Source: an uncultured Armatimonadetes bacterium (GTDB taxonomy: Bacteria; Armatimonadota; Hebobacteria; Hebobacterales; Hebobacteraceae). Taken from it: a stretch of 64,000 bases of DNA. Position numbers and translations under genes: made by a program. Shown here one piece after another: positions 9,119-20,396 of the stretch. The notes under the pieces were generated by a model. The model worked only from the letters and a program-made list of their open reading frames with translations. It ran no database searches and was not told where the DNA came from. The stretch is from the NCBI GenBank assembly GCA_963716175.1, contig OY970296.1:2656001-2720000 (forward strand). The letters run 5' to 3'. How positions within the stretch are numbered: the stretch's first letter is position 1; every line of letters begins with the position of its first letter.

Positions 9119-11560
9119 GTGCCCAAGAAGCGCAAGCGTGAGGCCGGCACGAAGCAGGCCCCACTCCGCCAGGGCGGGCCAGCCCGCCCCGCTGCCGGCG
9201 GGAAGGCCCGGCGTCAGATCGCCTGGCCCAGCGCCCTGGGCGAAATCGTGGTGATCGCGATGATCCTCGCGGTTCCCATCGTGATCAACGTTAGATCCCG
9301 GAACATCTGCGATGTCAAGGACGTGGTGCTCGGGCTGGGGGTGGCCTTCGGTATTGCCGTCTGGCTTATCGCCAGTCTGGCCCGCGGGCGGATAGCCTGG
9401 AGTGCCTCCCGGCTGAACCTGATCCTGTTCGCCTTCGTGCTCTGGTGTGGGGCCAGCATCCTGTACTCGCGCTATCGCTATGTCACGGCCTCTGAGTTCG
9501 GCCGGCTGGCCGCGAACGCGGGCCTGTTCTGGCTGGCTATCGGCTCTCTGCACAGCCTTCGCCAGGTGCGCCGGGTGATTGGGTCCGCGGCCCTGGTAGC
9601 CATTCCGGTCTGCATCTACGGCTTCTACCAGGCCGCCGGCGTTGACTTCGTGTCCTGGACGGTGCCCACCGTCCGCGTCTTCTCCTTCCTGGGAAATCCC
9701 ACTTACCTGGGCGGCTTCCTGGTGCTGATCATCCCCGTGGTGGTGGCCGCGGCGGTGCCCCTGTCGGAGGCCGACCAACAGCGGGTCGGTCGGCGGCGGC
9801 CCTGGATGAGTTGGCTCATCGCCGGGCTGTTCGGCCTGTCGGCCCTAGCCATGGCCGCCTGTCTCTACTACTCCGTCACGCTGGCGGCGGCCATCGGCCT
9901 GCCTTTCGGCGGGCTGCTGGTTGCGCTGCTGATTCTGCTGCGAGTCGAGCGGCGAGCCCTCCGGGTCACGCTCCGGGCGATGCTGCTAGTACTGGTGGTG
10001 CTTGCATCGGTAGGGTACGGCGCTTACCGGCACTTGGACCCGGTGCAGCAGGCCAGGGTCCAGCAAGTGCTGCACTTCCAAGATCCTTTCGCCGACGAGC
10101 GGCGGCTGCACTGGCAAGTCGCCCTTGACATCTTCAAGGAGAAGCCGGTGCTGGGCGAGGGATACGGCGCCTTCCGCGTCTACTCCCTAGAGAAGATGGC
10201 GCCGGAGTGGTACGCTCAGCTCCCGGCCCGTTCCGGGCAGATGCTGGTGCCCGGCTACGCGCACAACGAGTACCTGCAGGTGCTGGCCGACGTGGGCATC
10301 ATCGGGGGGCTGTTGTTCCTCACGCTCCTGGTGGCCGGCGGCTGGCTGGCGCTGCGGGTCGCGGTCAAGCACCCCAGCCGCGGCTGGGCCGTGCTGGGTA
10401 TGGGCCTGATCGCCAGCATGGTGGCGTTCCTGTTTCAGAACTTCTTCGGTGTGACCTTCCGCCAGACCGGCGTGGTGACGTTCTTCTGGCTCTGGCTGGC
10501 GCTGGTCGTCATTGCGGCCGCGTCGCTGCCGCGACCTGGCCAGGAGGCGGCTGGGCCGCGCCTGCGTGAGTTCCGCTTCTCGCCGGTCCCTATCTCGGGC
10601 TTGCTGTCCGTGGGCTTTGGTCTGGCCATCATGCTGGCCCTCCTTGGCTGGGCCGTGATCCGTCCCGTGATCGCCTCCATGGTGCTGCGGCGGGCCCAGG
10701 GGATGTCTGCTGCCGGTCACTACCGGGAGGGGGCGGAGCTGGCCGACCGCGCCATCAGCCTGTGCCCCTATTCTTCTATTGGCTACTACGTCTCCGCCTA
10801 CGCCTGGGGGCAGGTTGGGGATCTGGACAAGGCTGTCGCGGCCAATAAGAAGGCCCTTGCGCTGCTGCCAGGAAATGCCAGCGTCTACTATAACCTGGGT
10901 GTGAGCTACAAGCAGAAGGGGCAACTGGAAGAGGCGCTGCGGAACTTCCAGCAGGCGGTCAAGCTCATGCCCACCAGCTACAACAACCAGGCCGCGGTAG
11001 CGGAGACACTGGTGCAGCAAGGCAAGGTGAAGGAGGCCGAGCCCTACGCGCGGGAGACCGCGAGGCTTGCGCCTGACGACCCCAGGTGTCACCTTCTGCT
11101 GGCGGACATCCTGAGCAAGCAGGGCAAGGTGAAGGAGATGGTGCCGGAGCTCGACCGCGCCGTCCAACTGTCGCCAAATGATGCCGGCTTGAAGCAGCAG
11201 CTAGTGCAGGTCCTGTTCCGAGTCAAAGATTACGATCGGGCGGCCGCCGTCTGCAGGGAGTGGATGCAGCTGGACCCCAAGGCACCCACCCCCCACAATG
11301 TGCTTGGCACCTACTACTTCAACCACAAGCAGTATGCGGAGGCGAAGGCCGAGTTCCAGCGCGCGGTGGCGCTCGACCCCAGCTACGCCCGCGCCCGTCT
11401 GAACCTCGCCTTTACCTTGGGCCGGCTGAGAGAGTACGCGGGCGCGCGGGAGGAACTGCAGTACGTGGCCAGCCGGGCACCGGGTACGTCCGAGGGGCAG
11501 CAGGCGCAGGCGGTGCTGGACCGGATGTCGAGGGCCGGCCCGCCTAGGCCCACCGGGTAA
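9119..11560 (+). CDS. O-antigen ligase-like (Wzy_C) membrane protein with C-terminal TPR repeats
   Basis: Many TM helices; SFLGNPTYLG, R..HW...P.LG.GYG.F, AHNEYLQ; multiple TPR units. Confidence 0.88.
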   Translation: MPKKRKREAGTKQAPLRQGGPARPAAGGKARRQIAWPSALGEIVVIAMILAVPIVINVRSRNICDVKDVVLGLGVAFGIAVWLIASLARGRIAWSASRLNLILFAFVLWCGASILYSRYRYVTASEFGRLAANAGLFWLAIGSLHSLRQVRRVIGSAALVAIPVCIYGFYQAAGVDFVSWTVPTVRVFSFLGNPTYLGGFLVLIIPVVVAAAVPLSEADQQRVGRRRPWMSWLIAGLFGLSALAMAACLYYSVTLAAAIGLPFGGLLVALLILLRVERRALRVTLRAMLLVLVVLASVGYGAYRHLDPVQQARVQQVLHFQDPFADERRLHWQVALDIFKEKPVLGEGYGAFRVYSLEKMAPEWYAQLPARSGQMLVPGYAHNEYLQVLADVGIIGGLLFLTLLVAGGWLALRVAVKHPSRGWAVLGMGLIASMVAFLFQNFFGVTFRQTGVVTFFWLWLALVVIAAASLPRPGQEAAGPRLREFRFSPVPISGLLSVGFGLAIMLALLGWAVIRPVIASMVLRRAQGMSAAGHYREGAELADRAISLCPYSSIGYYVSAYAWGQVGDLDKAVAANKKALALLPGNASVYYNLGVSYKQKGQLEEALRNFQQAVKLMPTSYNNQAAVAETLVQQGKVKEAEPYARETARLAPDDPRCHLLLADILSKQGKVKEMVPELDRAVQLSPNDAGLKQQLVQVLFRVKDYDRAAAVCREWMQLDPKAPTPHNVLGTYYFNHKQYAEAKAEFQRAVALDPSYARARLNLAFTLGRLREYAGAREELQYVASRAPGTSEGQQAQAVLDRMSRAGPPRPTG

Positions 11561-11570
11561 CTACTCGTTG

Positions 11571-11703
11571 GGCAGGAGCGCAAGCTCCTGCCACACTTGT
11601 AGGGCGGCCATGCCGACTGCTTCGCAGAAGCAGGAGGCATCGCCGCCGGAGGTCCGAACGCGGGCAGGCGGTCCCGCTCCGGGGCGCATGGCCGCCCTGC
11701 AAG
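11571..11703. repeat. Cluster of palindromes / REP-doublet-like element
   Basis: GGCAGGAGC-gcaa-GCTCCTGCC (11571-11592); 18-bp inverted repeat with one mismatch at 11596-11613 and 11686-11703, left arm containing GTAG. Confidence 0.6.
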
Positions 11704-11794
11704 AGCGGCAACCACGCACTGGTAGGAGATGTGACCGCATGGTGACATATCACACCGGGCGTCGAGCTCCTGGCGCAACAGGCAGGGTACGAGG

Positions 11795-12565
11795 ATGAGT
11801 CCGGGCAAAGACAATGAGGCTCGTGACGGCCTCGCGGGGCAGGTCGCAGTAGTGGTGGGCGCGGCGGGCGGCATCGGGCGGGCGGTGGCCGCTCGCCTGG
11901 CGGGAGGGGGATGCCGTCTGGCCTTGGTTGACCTGGATCAGGCGGCGCTGGACCGCTTGCTGGGCGATCTGGGCCTCGGGGAGTCAGCCATTGCCCTGCC
12001 GACCGACATCCGCGATCGGGTGCAGGTGGAGCGGATGGCGGCGGAGGTGGAACGGCGGCTGGGCGGGATCCGGATTCTGATCAACGGTGCCGGGATCAAT
12101 ACTCAGCAGCGCACCCTCGACGACCTCTCGCCGGAGCAGTGGGACCGAGTGATCGCGGTGAACCTGAGCGGTGTCTTTCATTGCACCCAGGCGCTTCTGC
12201 GGTTGATGCGAACGACCGGCGGGACCGTCGTCAACATCGCTTCCACCGCTGGGCGGGTCGCTTCGCCTGGGGGCGGGACCCACTACTGCGCATCGAAACG
12301 AGCTGTGCTTTCACTCACTGAATCCATCAACCTGGAGCAGGGCCGGCATGGGATTCGCGCCTGCGCCATCAGCCCCGGGGAGGTGGACACGCCACTGATA
12401 GACCGCAGGCCGCAGCCGGTCAGCGCAGAGCGCCGGGCGGCCATGCTGCGGCCGGAGGACGTGGCGGACGCGGTCTACTACGTGGTCACCCGGCCACCCC
12501 GGGTGACCGTGACCGAGCTGGTCATCTACCCCTCGGCCCAGGTGTCCGGGCTCTACGTAGTCTAG
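11795..12565 (+). CDS. Short-chain dehydrogenase/reductase
   Basis: GAAGGIG, NGAG, YCASK, PGEVDT motifs. Confidence 0.92.
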   Translation: MSPGKDNEARDGLAGQVAVVVGAAGGIGRAVAARLAGGGCRLALVDLDQAALDRLLGDLGLGESAIALPTDIRDRVQVERMAAEVERRLGGIRILINGAGINTQQRTLDDLSPEQWDRVIAVNLSGVFHCTQALLRLMRTTGGTVVNIASTAGRVASPGGGTHYCASKRAVLSLTESINLEQGRHGIRACAISPGEVDTPLIDRRPQPVSAERRAAMLRPEDVADAVYYVVTRPPRVTVTELVIYPSAQVSGLYVV

Positions 12566-12592
12566 CGAAGCAGCGGGCGGGGAGGAGCCGGG

Positions 12593-13444
12593 TTGGCTGC
12601 GACATCTCCCGATCTGCAGGCACTGGAACGGCGCGCGGCGGAGGTGCGCCTGCAGTTGGTGCGGGCGATGGGCCCGGGGCAGTCCCATCACTTCGGGGGA
12701 TCCCTCTCCGCCGCGGACGTGCTGGTCGCGCTCTACTACTACAAGCTGCGCTACCGCGCAGACCAACCCGACTGGCCGGATCGCGACCGCTTCGTGCTGA
12801 GCAAGGGCCATGCCGTGCCCGCGCTCTACGTCTGCCTGGCGCTGCGCGGCTTCTTCCCCATGTCGGAGCTGACCACGCTGAAGCAGTTCGGCAGCACGCT
12901 GCAGGGCCATCCGGATATGCGCAGGACCTGCGGCCTGGAGGCCAACACCGGATCACTGGGCATGGGCCTGTCGGTGGCTAATGGGATGGCGCTGGCCGGG
13001 CGGGCGGCAGGCCGCAGCTTTCGGGTCTATGCCATGCTGGGAGACGGGGAATGCCAGGAGGGCCAGGTGTGGGAGGCGGCGATGACCGCGGCCCACTACC
13101 GGCTCGACGCGCTCACCGTGATCGTGGATCGGAACCAGCTCCAGGCCATGGGCGCCACCGAGGAGAGGATGAGAGTCGAGCCGCTGGTGGCGAAGTGGCA
13201 GGCCTTCGGCTGGCAGACCTTCGAGATTGATGGGCACAATATGGGTGAGATCTGCCGGGCCCTGGACCAGGCGACCGCGGTAAAGGGTAGGCCGGCCGCC
13301 ATCATCTCCCACACCATCAAGGGCAAGGGGGTCTCCTTCATGGAGGGCCGCCCCGGATTCCATAATGTCATCATCAGCGAGGAGCAGTTCCGCGCGGCCG
13401 AGGCGGAGCTGCAATCCCGACTGTCATCCCTGGGAGGGCGGTAG
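12593..13444 (+). CDS. Transketolase, N-terminal (TPP-binding) subunit
   Basis: DRFVLSKGHA, LQGHP, TGSLGMG, GDGECQEGQVWEA. Confidence 0.93.
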   Translation: MAATSPDLQALERRAAEVRLQLVRAMGPGQSHHFGGSLSAADVLVALYYYKLRYRADQPDWPDRDRFVLSKGHAVPALYVCLALRGFFPMSELTTLKQFGSTLQGHPDMRRTCGLEANTGSLGMGLSVANGMALAGRAAGRSFRVYAMLGDGECQEGQVWEAAMTAAHYRLDALTVIVDRNQLQAMGATEERMRVEPLVAKWQAFGWQTFEIDGHNMGEICRALDQATAVKGRPAAIISHTIKGKGVSFMEGRPGFHNVIISEEQFRAAEAELQSRLSSLGGR

Positions 13445-14392
13445 GTGCAGGAGCTGAAGGCGACCCGGGACGGCTACGGTGAGGCCTTGCTGCAATTGGG
13501 GAAGGAGGAGCCGCGGGTAGCGGTGGTGGATGCCGATCTCTTCCACTCCACCCGCACCGATCGGTTTGCCGAGGCCTTTCCCGACCGCTTCTTCGAAGTC
13601 GGCATTGCCGAGCAGGACATGGTGAGCACCGCGGTGGGGCTGGCGCTGGCCGGAATGATCCCCTTCGCCAACTCCTTCGCCGTCTTCCTCACCGGCCGCG
13701 CCTTCGACCAGATCCGACAGCAGGTCGCGCTTCCCGCGGCGAGTGTCAAGCTCGCCGGGTCCAGCGCAGGCATCACCCAGGGGCCGGATGGGGCCACCCA
13801 CCAGTCGGTGCTGGATGTGGCCCTCATGCGCAGTCTCCCCAATATGTGCGTGGTGGTGCCCTCGGACGTGCAGGAGGCGCGGCTGGCCACCCGCGCCGCG
13901 GCCCAGCGGTCCGGGCCGGCCTACCTGCGCCTCAGCCGGTACGAAACGCCGGTGTGGCGAGAGGCGGGCGCGCCCTTCGCGATCGGCCAGGCGGAGGTGC
14001 GCCGCTCCGGCAAGGATGTCACCCTGATCGCCTGCGGGGTCATCCTCGGGCGGGTGCTGGAGGCGGCAGAGGCGCTAGCGCACGAGGGCATAGCCGCGGA
14101 GGTGATCAACGCCCATACCGTGAAGCCATTGGACGCGGATAGCCTGCTCTCATCTTGCGAGCGGACCGGGGCCGTGATGACAGTCGAGGAGCACAGCATC
14201 ATCGGGGGGCTGGGAAGCGCGGTGGCGGAGATGCTGGCCGAGCGGGCTACCCGGCGCATTCCGCTGCGCAGGCTGGGGGTGGCCGACACCTTCGGGGAAT
14301 CAGGATCGGCGGACGAGCTGCTGGCCAAGCACGGACTCACCGCCGCGGGTATAGCAGCCGCGGGGCGAGCATTGGTGACCCAGAAGCGGTAG
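13445..14392 (+). CDS. Transketolase, C-terminal subunit
   Basis: GIAEQDM, DGATHQ, EEHSIIGGLGS; abuts the N-terminal subunit gene. Confidence 0.93.
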   Translation: MQELKATRDGYGEALLQLGKEEPRVAVVDADLFHSTRTDRFAEAFPDRFFEVGIAEQDMVSTAVGLALAGMIPFANSFAVFLTGRAFDQIRQQVALPAASVKLAGSSAGITQGPDGATHQSVLDVALMRSLPNMCVVVPSDVQEARLATRAAAQRSGPAYLRLSRYETPVWREAGAPFAIGQAEVRRSGKDVTLIACGVILGRVLEAAEALAHEGIAAEVINAHTVKPLDADSLLSSCERTGAVMTVEEHSIIGGLGSAVAEMLAERATRRIPLRRLGVADTFGESGSADELLAKHGLTAAGIAAAGRALVTQKR

Positions 14393-14405
14393 TGGTCGCC
14401 AGGCG

Positions 14406-15353
14406 CTACGGAAGCTTCGACGAGCCCCGCTTGTCCGCCGGCCGTGTGGCGGAGTGGAGCTGGTCGGTGTACTCGCTGGGCCGCATCCACACCACCTGGT
14501 CACCCAGGAACCTCCGAACCCGACCGATCACCTGGGTGAAGGCCTCCCACCCGACGCCGGTGGCGGGATTGAGCCCCTGCCAGTGGGCGTAGAAAATGCA
14601 GTAGGGAGCCTGGCCGCGGACCAGCTCCACGATCCGGCCGGATTCGCCGTCCGCGCTGATGTAGTAGTCGGGGTCCACGTGACTGGGGTCGTTCTCCCAG
14701 ATGCCGAAGCGGTCTCTGGCATTGGGGACCAGATCGTACACCCCGAATTCGCCATCGCTGGCAGTCAGCCGCGTCTGCTGCTCTTCGGTGAAACAGGGCA
14801 CGGTGCACCCGCGAAATCTGCCGTGTTTCGCCAGCTTCAGCAGCGCCTGCCAGACCTTGGGGTTGATGTCGAAGGCGGGACCCTGCCTGAGCTCCGCATA
14901 GCGCCGGGTGCAGGCCTCGCAGGAGCAGCCGGGCCAGGTCACACCAGTGAATCGCACCCCGATCTTCTCGCCCTCGGCGATGATGTGCTCGAAGTAGGAT
15001 TCATAGGTCTCGGCCGAAATGCCCGGCTCGTAGAGCCACAGCCCCTCGTGGATGGCGCCCTCCGGGAGGCGCTGATGCTCGAAGTCGAAGAGCCCGCCGT
15101 GCGTCATCAGCTCCATATGCGTATCGATGCCGCACTCGAAGGCGCGGTGGAGCTGCTTGATGTAGGCCTGCTGCAGGTCGGAGGTGGGCCGGCTCAGCAG
15201 GCCGTTGCTCTCGAAGTCGGCGCCCAGCAAGACCGTGGACTCGCCCTTGATTCCGTTCGCGGAGACGAAATCGAGAAAGCGCGCGAAGGCGTCGGCGGGC
15301 CGGCCGTAGGGGCTGGTATCGTCAACATAGAACGACAGCACAGTCTTGGTCAT
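14406..15353 (-). CDS. Hypothetical protein, possible NodB/polysaccharide deacetylase-like barrel
   Basis: SFYVDD near the N-terminus, HMELMTH, YAHWQG; GGAGG RBS. Confidence 0.55.
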   Translation of the reverse strand: MTKTVLSFYVDDTSPYGRPADAFARFLDFVSANGIKGESTVLLGADFESNGLLSRPTSDLQQAYIKQLHRAFECGIDTHMELMTHGGLFDFEHQRLPEGAIHEGLWLYEPGISAETYESYFEHIIAEGEKIGVRFTGVTWPGCSCEACTRRYAELRQGPAFDINPKVWQALLKLAKHGRFRGCTVPCFTEEQQTRLTASDGEFGVYDLVPNARDRFGIWENDPSHVDPDYYISADGESGRIVELVRGQAPYCIFYAHWQGLNPATGVGWEAFTQVIGRVRRFLGDQVVWMRPSEYTDQLHSATRPADKRGSSKLP

Positions 15354-15382
15354 CACACCTCCTCGCTCGCTCCGCGCTCGCG

Positions 15383-18300
15383 CTACCGCCGATCGCCCTG
15401 GGGGATCACAAAGCCGAACCGGGACTCTGTAGTCCACTTGCGAAAACGCGGGTCGGACGCCCAGTTCGCGTAGCTGTCAACGATCGCCTCGCGGAGCTGA
15501 TAGCGGTCGGTCTTTCCGTTCTCTGACACCGCGGCCTCCCCGCCTACCGGGCCGGTGCGGTCGAAGCGAACCTCGATCGCGCGACCTCCCAGGCTGAGCC
15601 TGACCCCTGCCGCGCGGTCCTCTTGGATGAGCTGCATCGCGGGCAGCGGCGCGTCTCCGCCCCCGGCCCGCATTACCACCAGGTACTCTACCTGGTCGCT
15701 CTGCTCCGCGGGCGCGATCTGGAGCAGCTTCTGGTCCTTCCACACCCATCCCAGGTCCATCGGTGGAGGTGTCGCGATCACCGCGCGCGGGCAGCAGCAC
15801 CCGACCCGTCAGGTACTCCGAGCCGCCTTTCACCGCGAAGGTATCGCCGCTTGCGGTCAGAGTCGGCGCGGTCGTGGCCACCCAGGCCGTCTTGCGTCCG
15901 GCCGGTCCGAGCTTCACCCGATCGTAGATCACGATGAAATCCGGCTTCAGGAAGACCAACTGCCGGTCAATCTGCGAGACCTGGTCCGCCGGCCACGCAT
16001 TCGAGGCGTCACCTGCCACGTAGTCAAGCTGCGGCCAGGTCTGATAGGCGAGCAGTCGTCCCTCCCGCATGAACAGGGTCTCGGTGTGGCCGTGCAGATC
16101 GAGTCCGCCTCCCCAGCCCTGCTCCGCAGGCTTGTAGCCGAACATCTTCTGGTTACGGCCAAGATAAGTGAAGGCGGCCGGCGAGAAGCGGTTGATCACC
16201 AGGTGCTCGCCATCCCGAGGTTGGGTCAGGTTCAGCGCCCACTGTTCCTGCCAGGCATCGTTGACCACCACCGAGTTGGCCCAGGCAGCCACCATGTTGC
16301 CATCGTCCCACAGCAGCGCGGGCGTGCCGATCAGATAGCTGCCGGCCTTGACGACGGTGAAGTGGTTGGGCTTGTGGCGCGTGGTGTGGTCCCTCACTCC
16401 CGAGGCGAAGGTCACCTCCGTCGCCTTTGCCTCCCAGCCGGAGCGCATCATCGCCCAGCCTTCCATATCGAAGACCGCGGTGGTCGGGATTTCCTGCCAC
16501 GTCACCTGCGGCGCCTCTGGCTCGTACCAGCCCAGAGCCAGCGCGACCGGCACCGCCACGCCGGAAGTGAAGTAGTTGACGCCGCCCCTCAGCGGGCCGG
16601 TGAGCGCCATCTTGTCCAGCGCCATCAGCCTATCCACCTGGGCCTGCTCGTCGCCCGTCATGGGGCCGTCCAGCTTTGCGATCCACTCCTCCCACTGATA
16701 GTTTGACTTCTCCAGCGGATGGCGGGAGAGCGTCGAGAGAATCCAGCGCCAGGGCTCACCGCTGGGGCCGCGCCGGCCCGGCTGCAGTTCCTGGATATCC
16801 CGGTAGGGATCGGCATACCGCTGGAAGGTGAGATAGCCGCTGAACAACGGCTTCTCGAACATCCGCGGCTCGCCGAAGATGTTGTGCAGGTACATGAACG
16901 TCAGCATGTACCCCGCGATCGGGCAGTAGCAGCCGGTGTACGGATTGGACCACCACACGCCGCCGCGCGTGCCGCGGTGCGCCTCGAAGTACTGCTCCGC
17001 GTTGCTCTCCAGGGTCATGATCTTGTAGATCAGCGCCCTCTTCTCGGGCGTGAGCGGGTCCTCGAGCGTGACCAGTGTCCACGGCAGCGTGTTGACATCC
17101 CCCGCCGCCGCGGCCATCTGCTGGTACAGCTTCAGGCTCGCCCGCTGCTCATCCGGCGCCAGGTCAACCAGCGACGCCTCCGCGCCTGGGAAGAACGGCC
17201 CGTGGTGATGGTATTGAACGTAGCCGTCGGTCTTCTCCGCGTTCCGCAGCGCCTCCACCTTCGTCCGCAGCTTCTCGCTGTCCGGCTTCAGGAAGATCGT
17301 CGCGAACTCAGCCGCCAGCATCCGCCAGCCCAGCTCGTACATGCGCCAGGCACAGGCCTCGTGCTTATCCCAATCTGGCATCCCCTCGGGCGCGACCGCC
17401 TCCAGCTCCTTTGCCGTCATACCCGCAGGCAGGAATCGCTCCGGAAGTCGGCCTTCCTTCTGGCTCATGCGCTCCAGCCAGTCGGCGTAGCGCCGGAACA
17501 GGTTCGGGTGCTGCGCGATGCGCGCCTGGATTGCTGCCGCCTCCTCCTTCCGCCAGAACATCCGCGGGTGCTCCAGCTTGGGCAGCTTCAGGAAGCGCAC
17601 CTGCCTGGTCACCTGTCCATCCGGCGTGTCAATGGCCACTGTCAGTGTGAAGCGCCCGGTGCCTTTCGTGGCCGGCGCAATCGCCAGGCTCAGCGTCTCT
17701 CCCGAGAGCGGCTCCAGATCGGTGCTGCCGGTGTAGGCAGTCTCGCCCATGTAGTCGCGCAGGGCCCACGACAGCCGCGCAGACAGTGGGACCGGGCCGC
17801 GGTTCGTCACGTGGAGCGTGAACAGGGCCGGTTCTCGGTCGTAAAACACGCCCTGGTACGAGGCCAGTGGTACGTTTCCGTGCACCTGCTGCGGCTTGGG
17901 CAGAAGCGTCACATCGAGCTGCGGCTCCGGCGACCGGCGCACCGCCACTGCCTGGAGCCGGGCGAAGGGGCTGTTCGCCCTCACACGCAGCAAGTGCTGG
18001 CCGGGCTCCACGCGCAGGGCGGGAGCGTTATAGCGCCAGAACTCCTCGCTGTCGTTCACCAGGAACATCTCACTGTCCGGCGCCATCCAGGTCGCCGAGG
18101 CCCAGTTCATCTCCGGGCCGCCGTCAACCGATACGGTGATGGTCCCCGCTTCATCTCTCCCGGTCAGTGGGCGGTCCGGCAGCAGCTGTGGGTCGGCGAG
18201 CGCGCTGAGATCAACCCAGCGCTTCCCGTCCACGCCCACGACTAGCTCGTTGGTCGCCGAGAAGCTCTTGCTCGCGCCGGCGGCTGCCACACTGACGGCA

Positions 18301-19973
18301 CTCCGCGTCCGTGCCGCCTCCGCGGTCTCCACCGGCGCGGGCTTCGGCTGAAGTGTGGCCAGATCGAGCGCCACGGGACGGTACTCCACGGCCACGCGCG
18401 GCTGAAGCGCCAGCGGAATCCGCTCATCCGCCATCACCGGCCACCAACCGGTGTTCGGCATGGCCACGAACTTCACCGCGCGCGCCTCCGCGCCGAGCGG
18501 CACGCGCTTGACGATCTGCTTGGTGGCCAGATCGACCGCCGCGAGATCGTTGCTCTGCCGGCAGATGATGTAGAGCCGATTGACCAGCTTCGGGGGCCAG
18601 GGGTCGCTTCGCTGCGGGTTGACATCACCGACAACGGCGAGACTCCACGGCTGGCCCGGCACGCTGATCTGGGACTCGACCTTGCGCGTCTTCGGGTTGA
18701 ACACGATCGCGCGGCCACCCGCGGCATCCGTTATATATAGCTTCTCATTCGCGAGCGTCATCGCCGAGAGGTAGCCCCCGATCCTGAAGGAGGCGAGCGC
18801 GCCAGACTTGTGGTCATAGACGCCCAGCCTGCCCAGGCTCGGCGCCAGGAACCACGTGGAGTACACCTTGGGATCGCCAGTGCCGTATTGGACGAGCGCT
18901 GCCGGCCCAGGATTGTCGCCGAAGCGGCTGACGATGCCCAGCAGCGCGATCCCGCGGGTGACCTCACTCACGTCGAAGACCCGGCGCGCCTTATTGAAGC
19001 CCACCTCGGCAAACTGGTGTCGTCCCGCGGGCTCGACCCATGAGCAGTCGCAGTCAGGGCCGCCGCACCCGGGCGGCGGCTTGCCATTGGATTCAGTGCT
19101 GACGAACTGCTGCTCGCCAGCTGGCGCCGGCTCCAGGGTGAACACGTCGAAGGGCTGCTGCTGGAAGCGCACGATCAGCCGTGCGGGCGGATTGCCCACC
19201 AGCTCGACGTTGATGGGCTGGGCCGGGAGGTCAACCTCGCGAATCATCTTCCCGGTCGCCGTGTCGAACCCCACCAGCCGCCTGCCGTCGCGGCAAGCCA
19301 CGTAGAGCACGCCGCCATGCAGCGCCAGCGACCAGGGCGTACCTGGCACGCTCATTGCTCCGAGGGCGGTACGCGTGTTCGCGTCGATTGCAACCACTCG
19401 GTCGCCGAGCGCATCGGCGATATACACTCGCCCCTTCTCCCGGTCGGCGACGATGTCGGCGACATAGCCCCCCACCTCGATCGCAGCGATGGGCTTCTCC
19501 GTCGCCGCGTCTATCGCGATCACCCGGCCCGCTGCCGGAGCGCTGGCGAACACGGTTGTGCCCACGCAGTCGAGCGCGTCCGGCCCGGGCTGGCGCACCA
19601 ATGGGTAAGGGAATCGCTTCGCCAGCTTCTGCTCGCCGGTTGGCCACCAGACGGGCCGCACTCGCAGCGTGGCGGGCCGATCAGTCTCGAATGGGAAGAT
19701 GAGCGCCGCGCCCGCCGCCGCGGGGTTGCCCGCCGTGGATGCGGCGGGCTGCAGGTAGCGCTCACCGGCCCCATTGGGACCACCCACCTCCCAGGCGCCC
19801 TCACGATCGGCCTGTTCCGCCGGCCAGATCGTCCACCCAGCCGCCTTGGGCATGGGGAAGGTCTGGGCCGCCGTGGCCTGCCGCCCCGACACAGCACCAA
19901 GCGCGCCCAGCGCTAGGGCGAGGGCCAATGCGGCTGGGAGCAAACGGAACAAAGATCGGCGGTGATGGAGCAT
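15383..19973 (-). CDS. Very large secreted protein: YncE/YVTN-like beta-propellers plus heparinase II/III-like region; frameshifted near 15785
   Basis: Signal peptide; propeller repeats (VG..P..LA, VVAID); GWAMMRSGW, YVAGDASNAW, RQLVFLKPDFIVIYDRV; protein-like sequence continues in ORF 15383-15781. Confidence 0.7.
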
Positions 19974-20163
19974 GGGATCCCTCTCGCGGTCTGGTTTGCC
20001 GGCTCGCAGCAGAGCCGCCAACCTTTCAGGCGGCCCGGGTGGGGCCACCCCCCAGTTGGCACTAGAGCAGGCAGCGATCCGCAACATGATTATAGCAGCG
20101 CTGTCAAGAGGGGAGCTTACGGAACCGCCGATGGACCCGGCAACAGCGGCGGGCATGCAGAGA

Positions 20164-20262
20164 TGGCTAGGTCGCCAAGGGCAACCGCTGGCTAAGCCCG
20201 CCCTCGGCGGGCCGCCATCCCGGCCTTCAGGCCTAGGGACATGGCGGCCGGAGGCCTAGCCA
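20164..20262. repeat. CTAG-type composite palindromic element
   Basis: Bounded by TGGCTAGG...CCTAGCCA; internal units match 44170-44225. Confidence 0.65.
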
Positions 20263-20396
20263 CATGCCCGCCCCACAACCGCTTACAGGATTCTGGGCCG
20301 GCCTGCCGAACTCACAGGAGTAGAGGCGTCCTCCGTGACCGCAGCGAGGCGTTGGTGGCAGAAGGCGTCAGGACGGCAGGACAGGGGAGAACCGCG

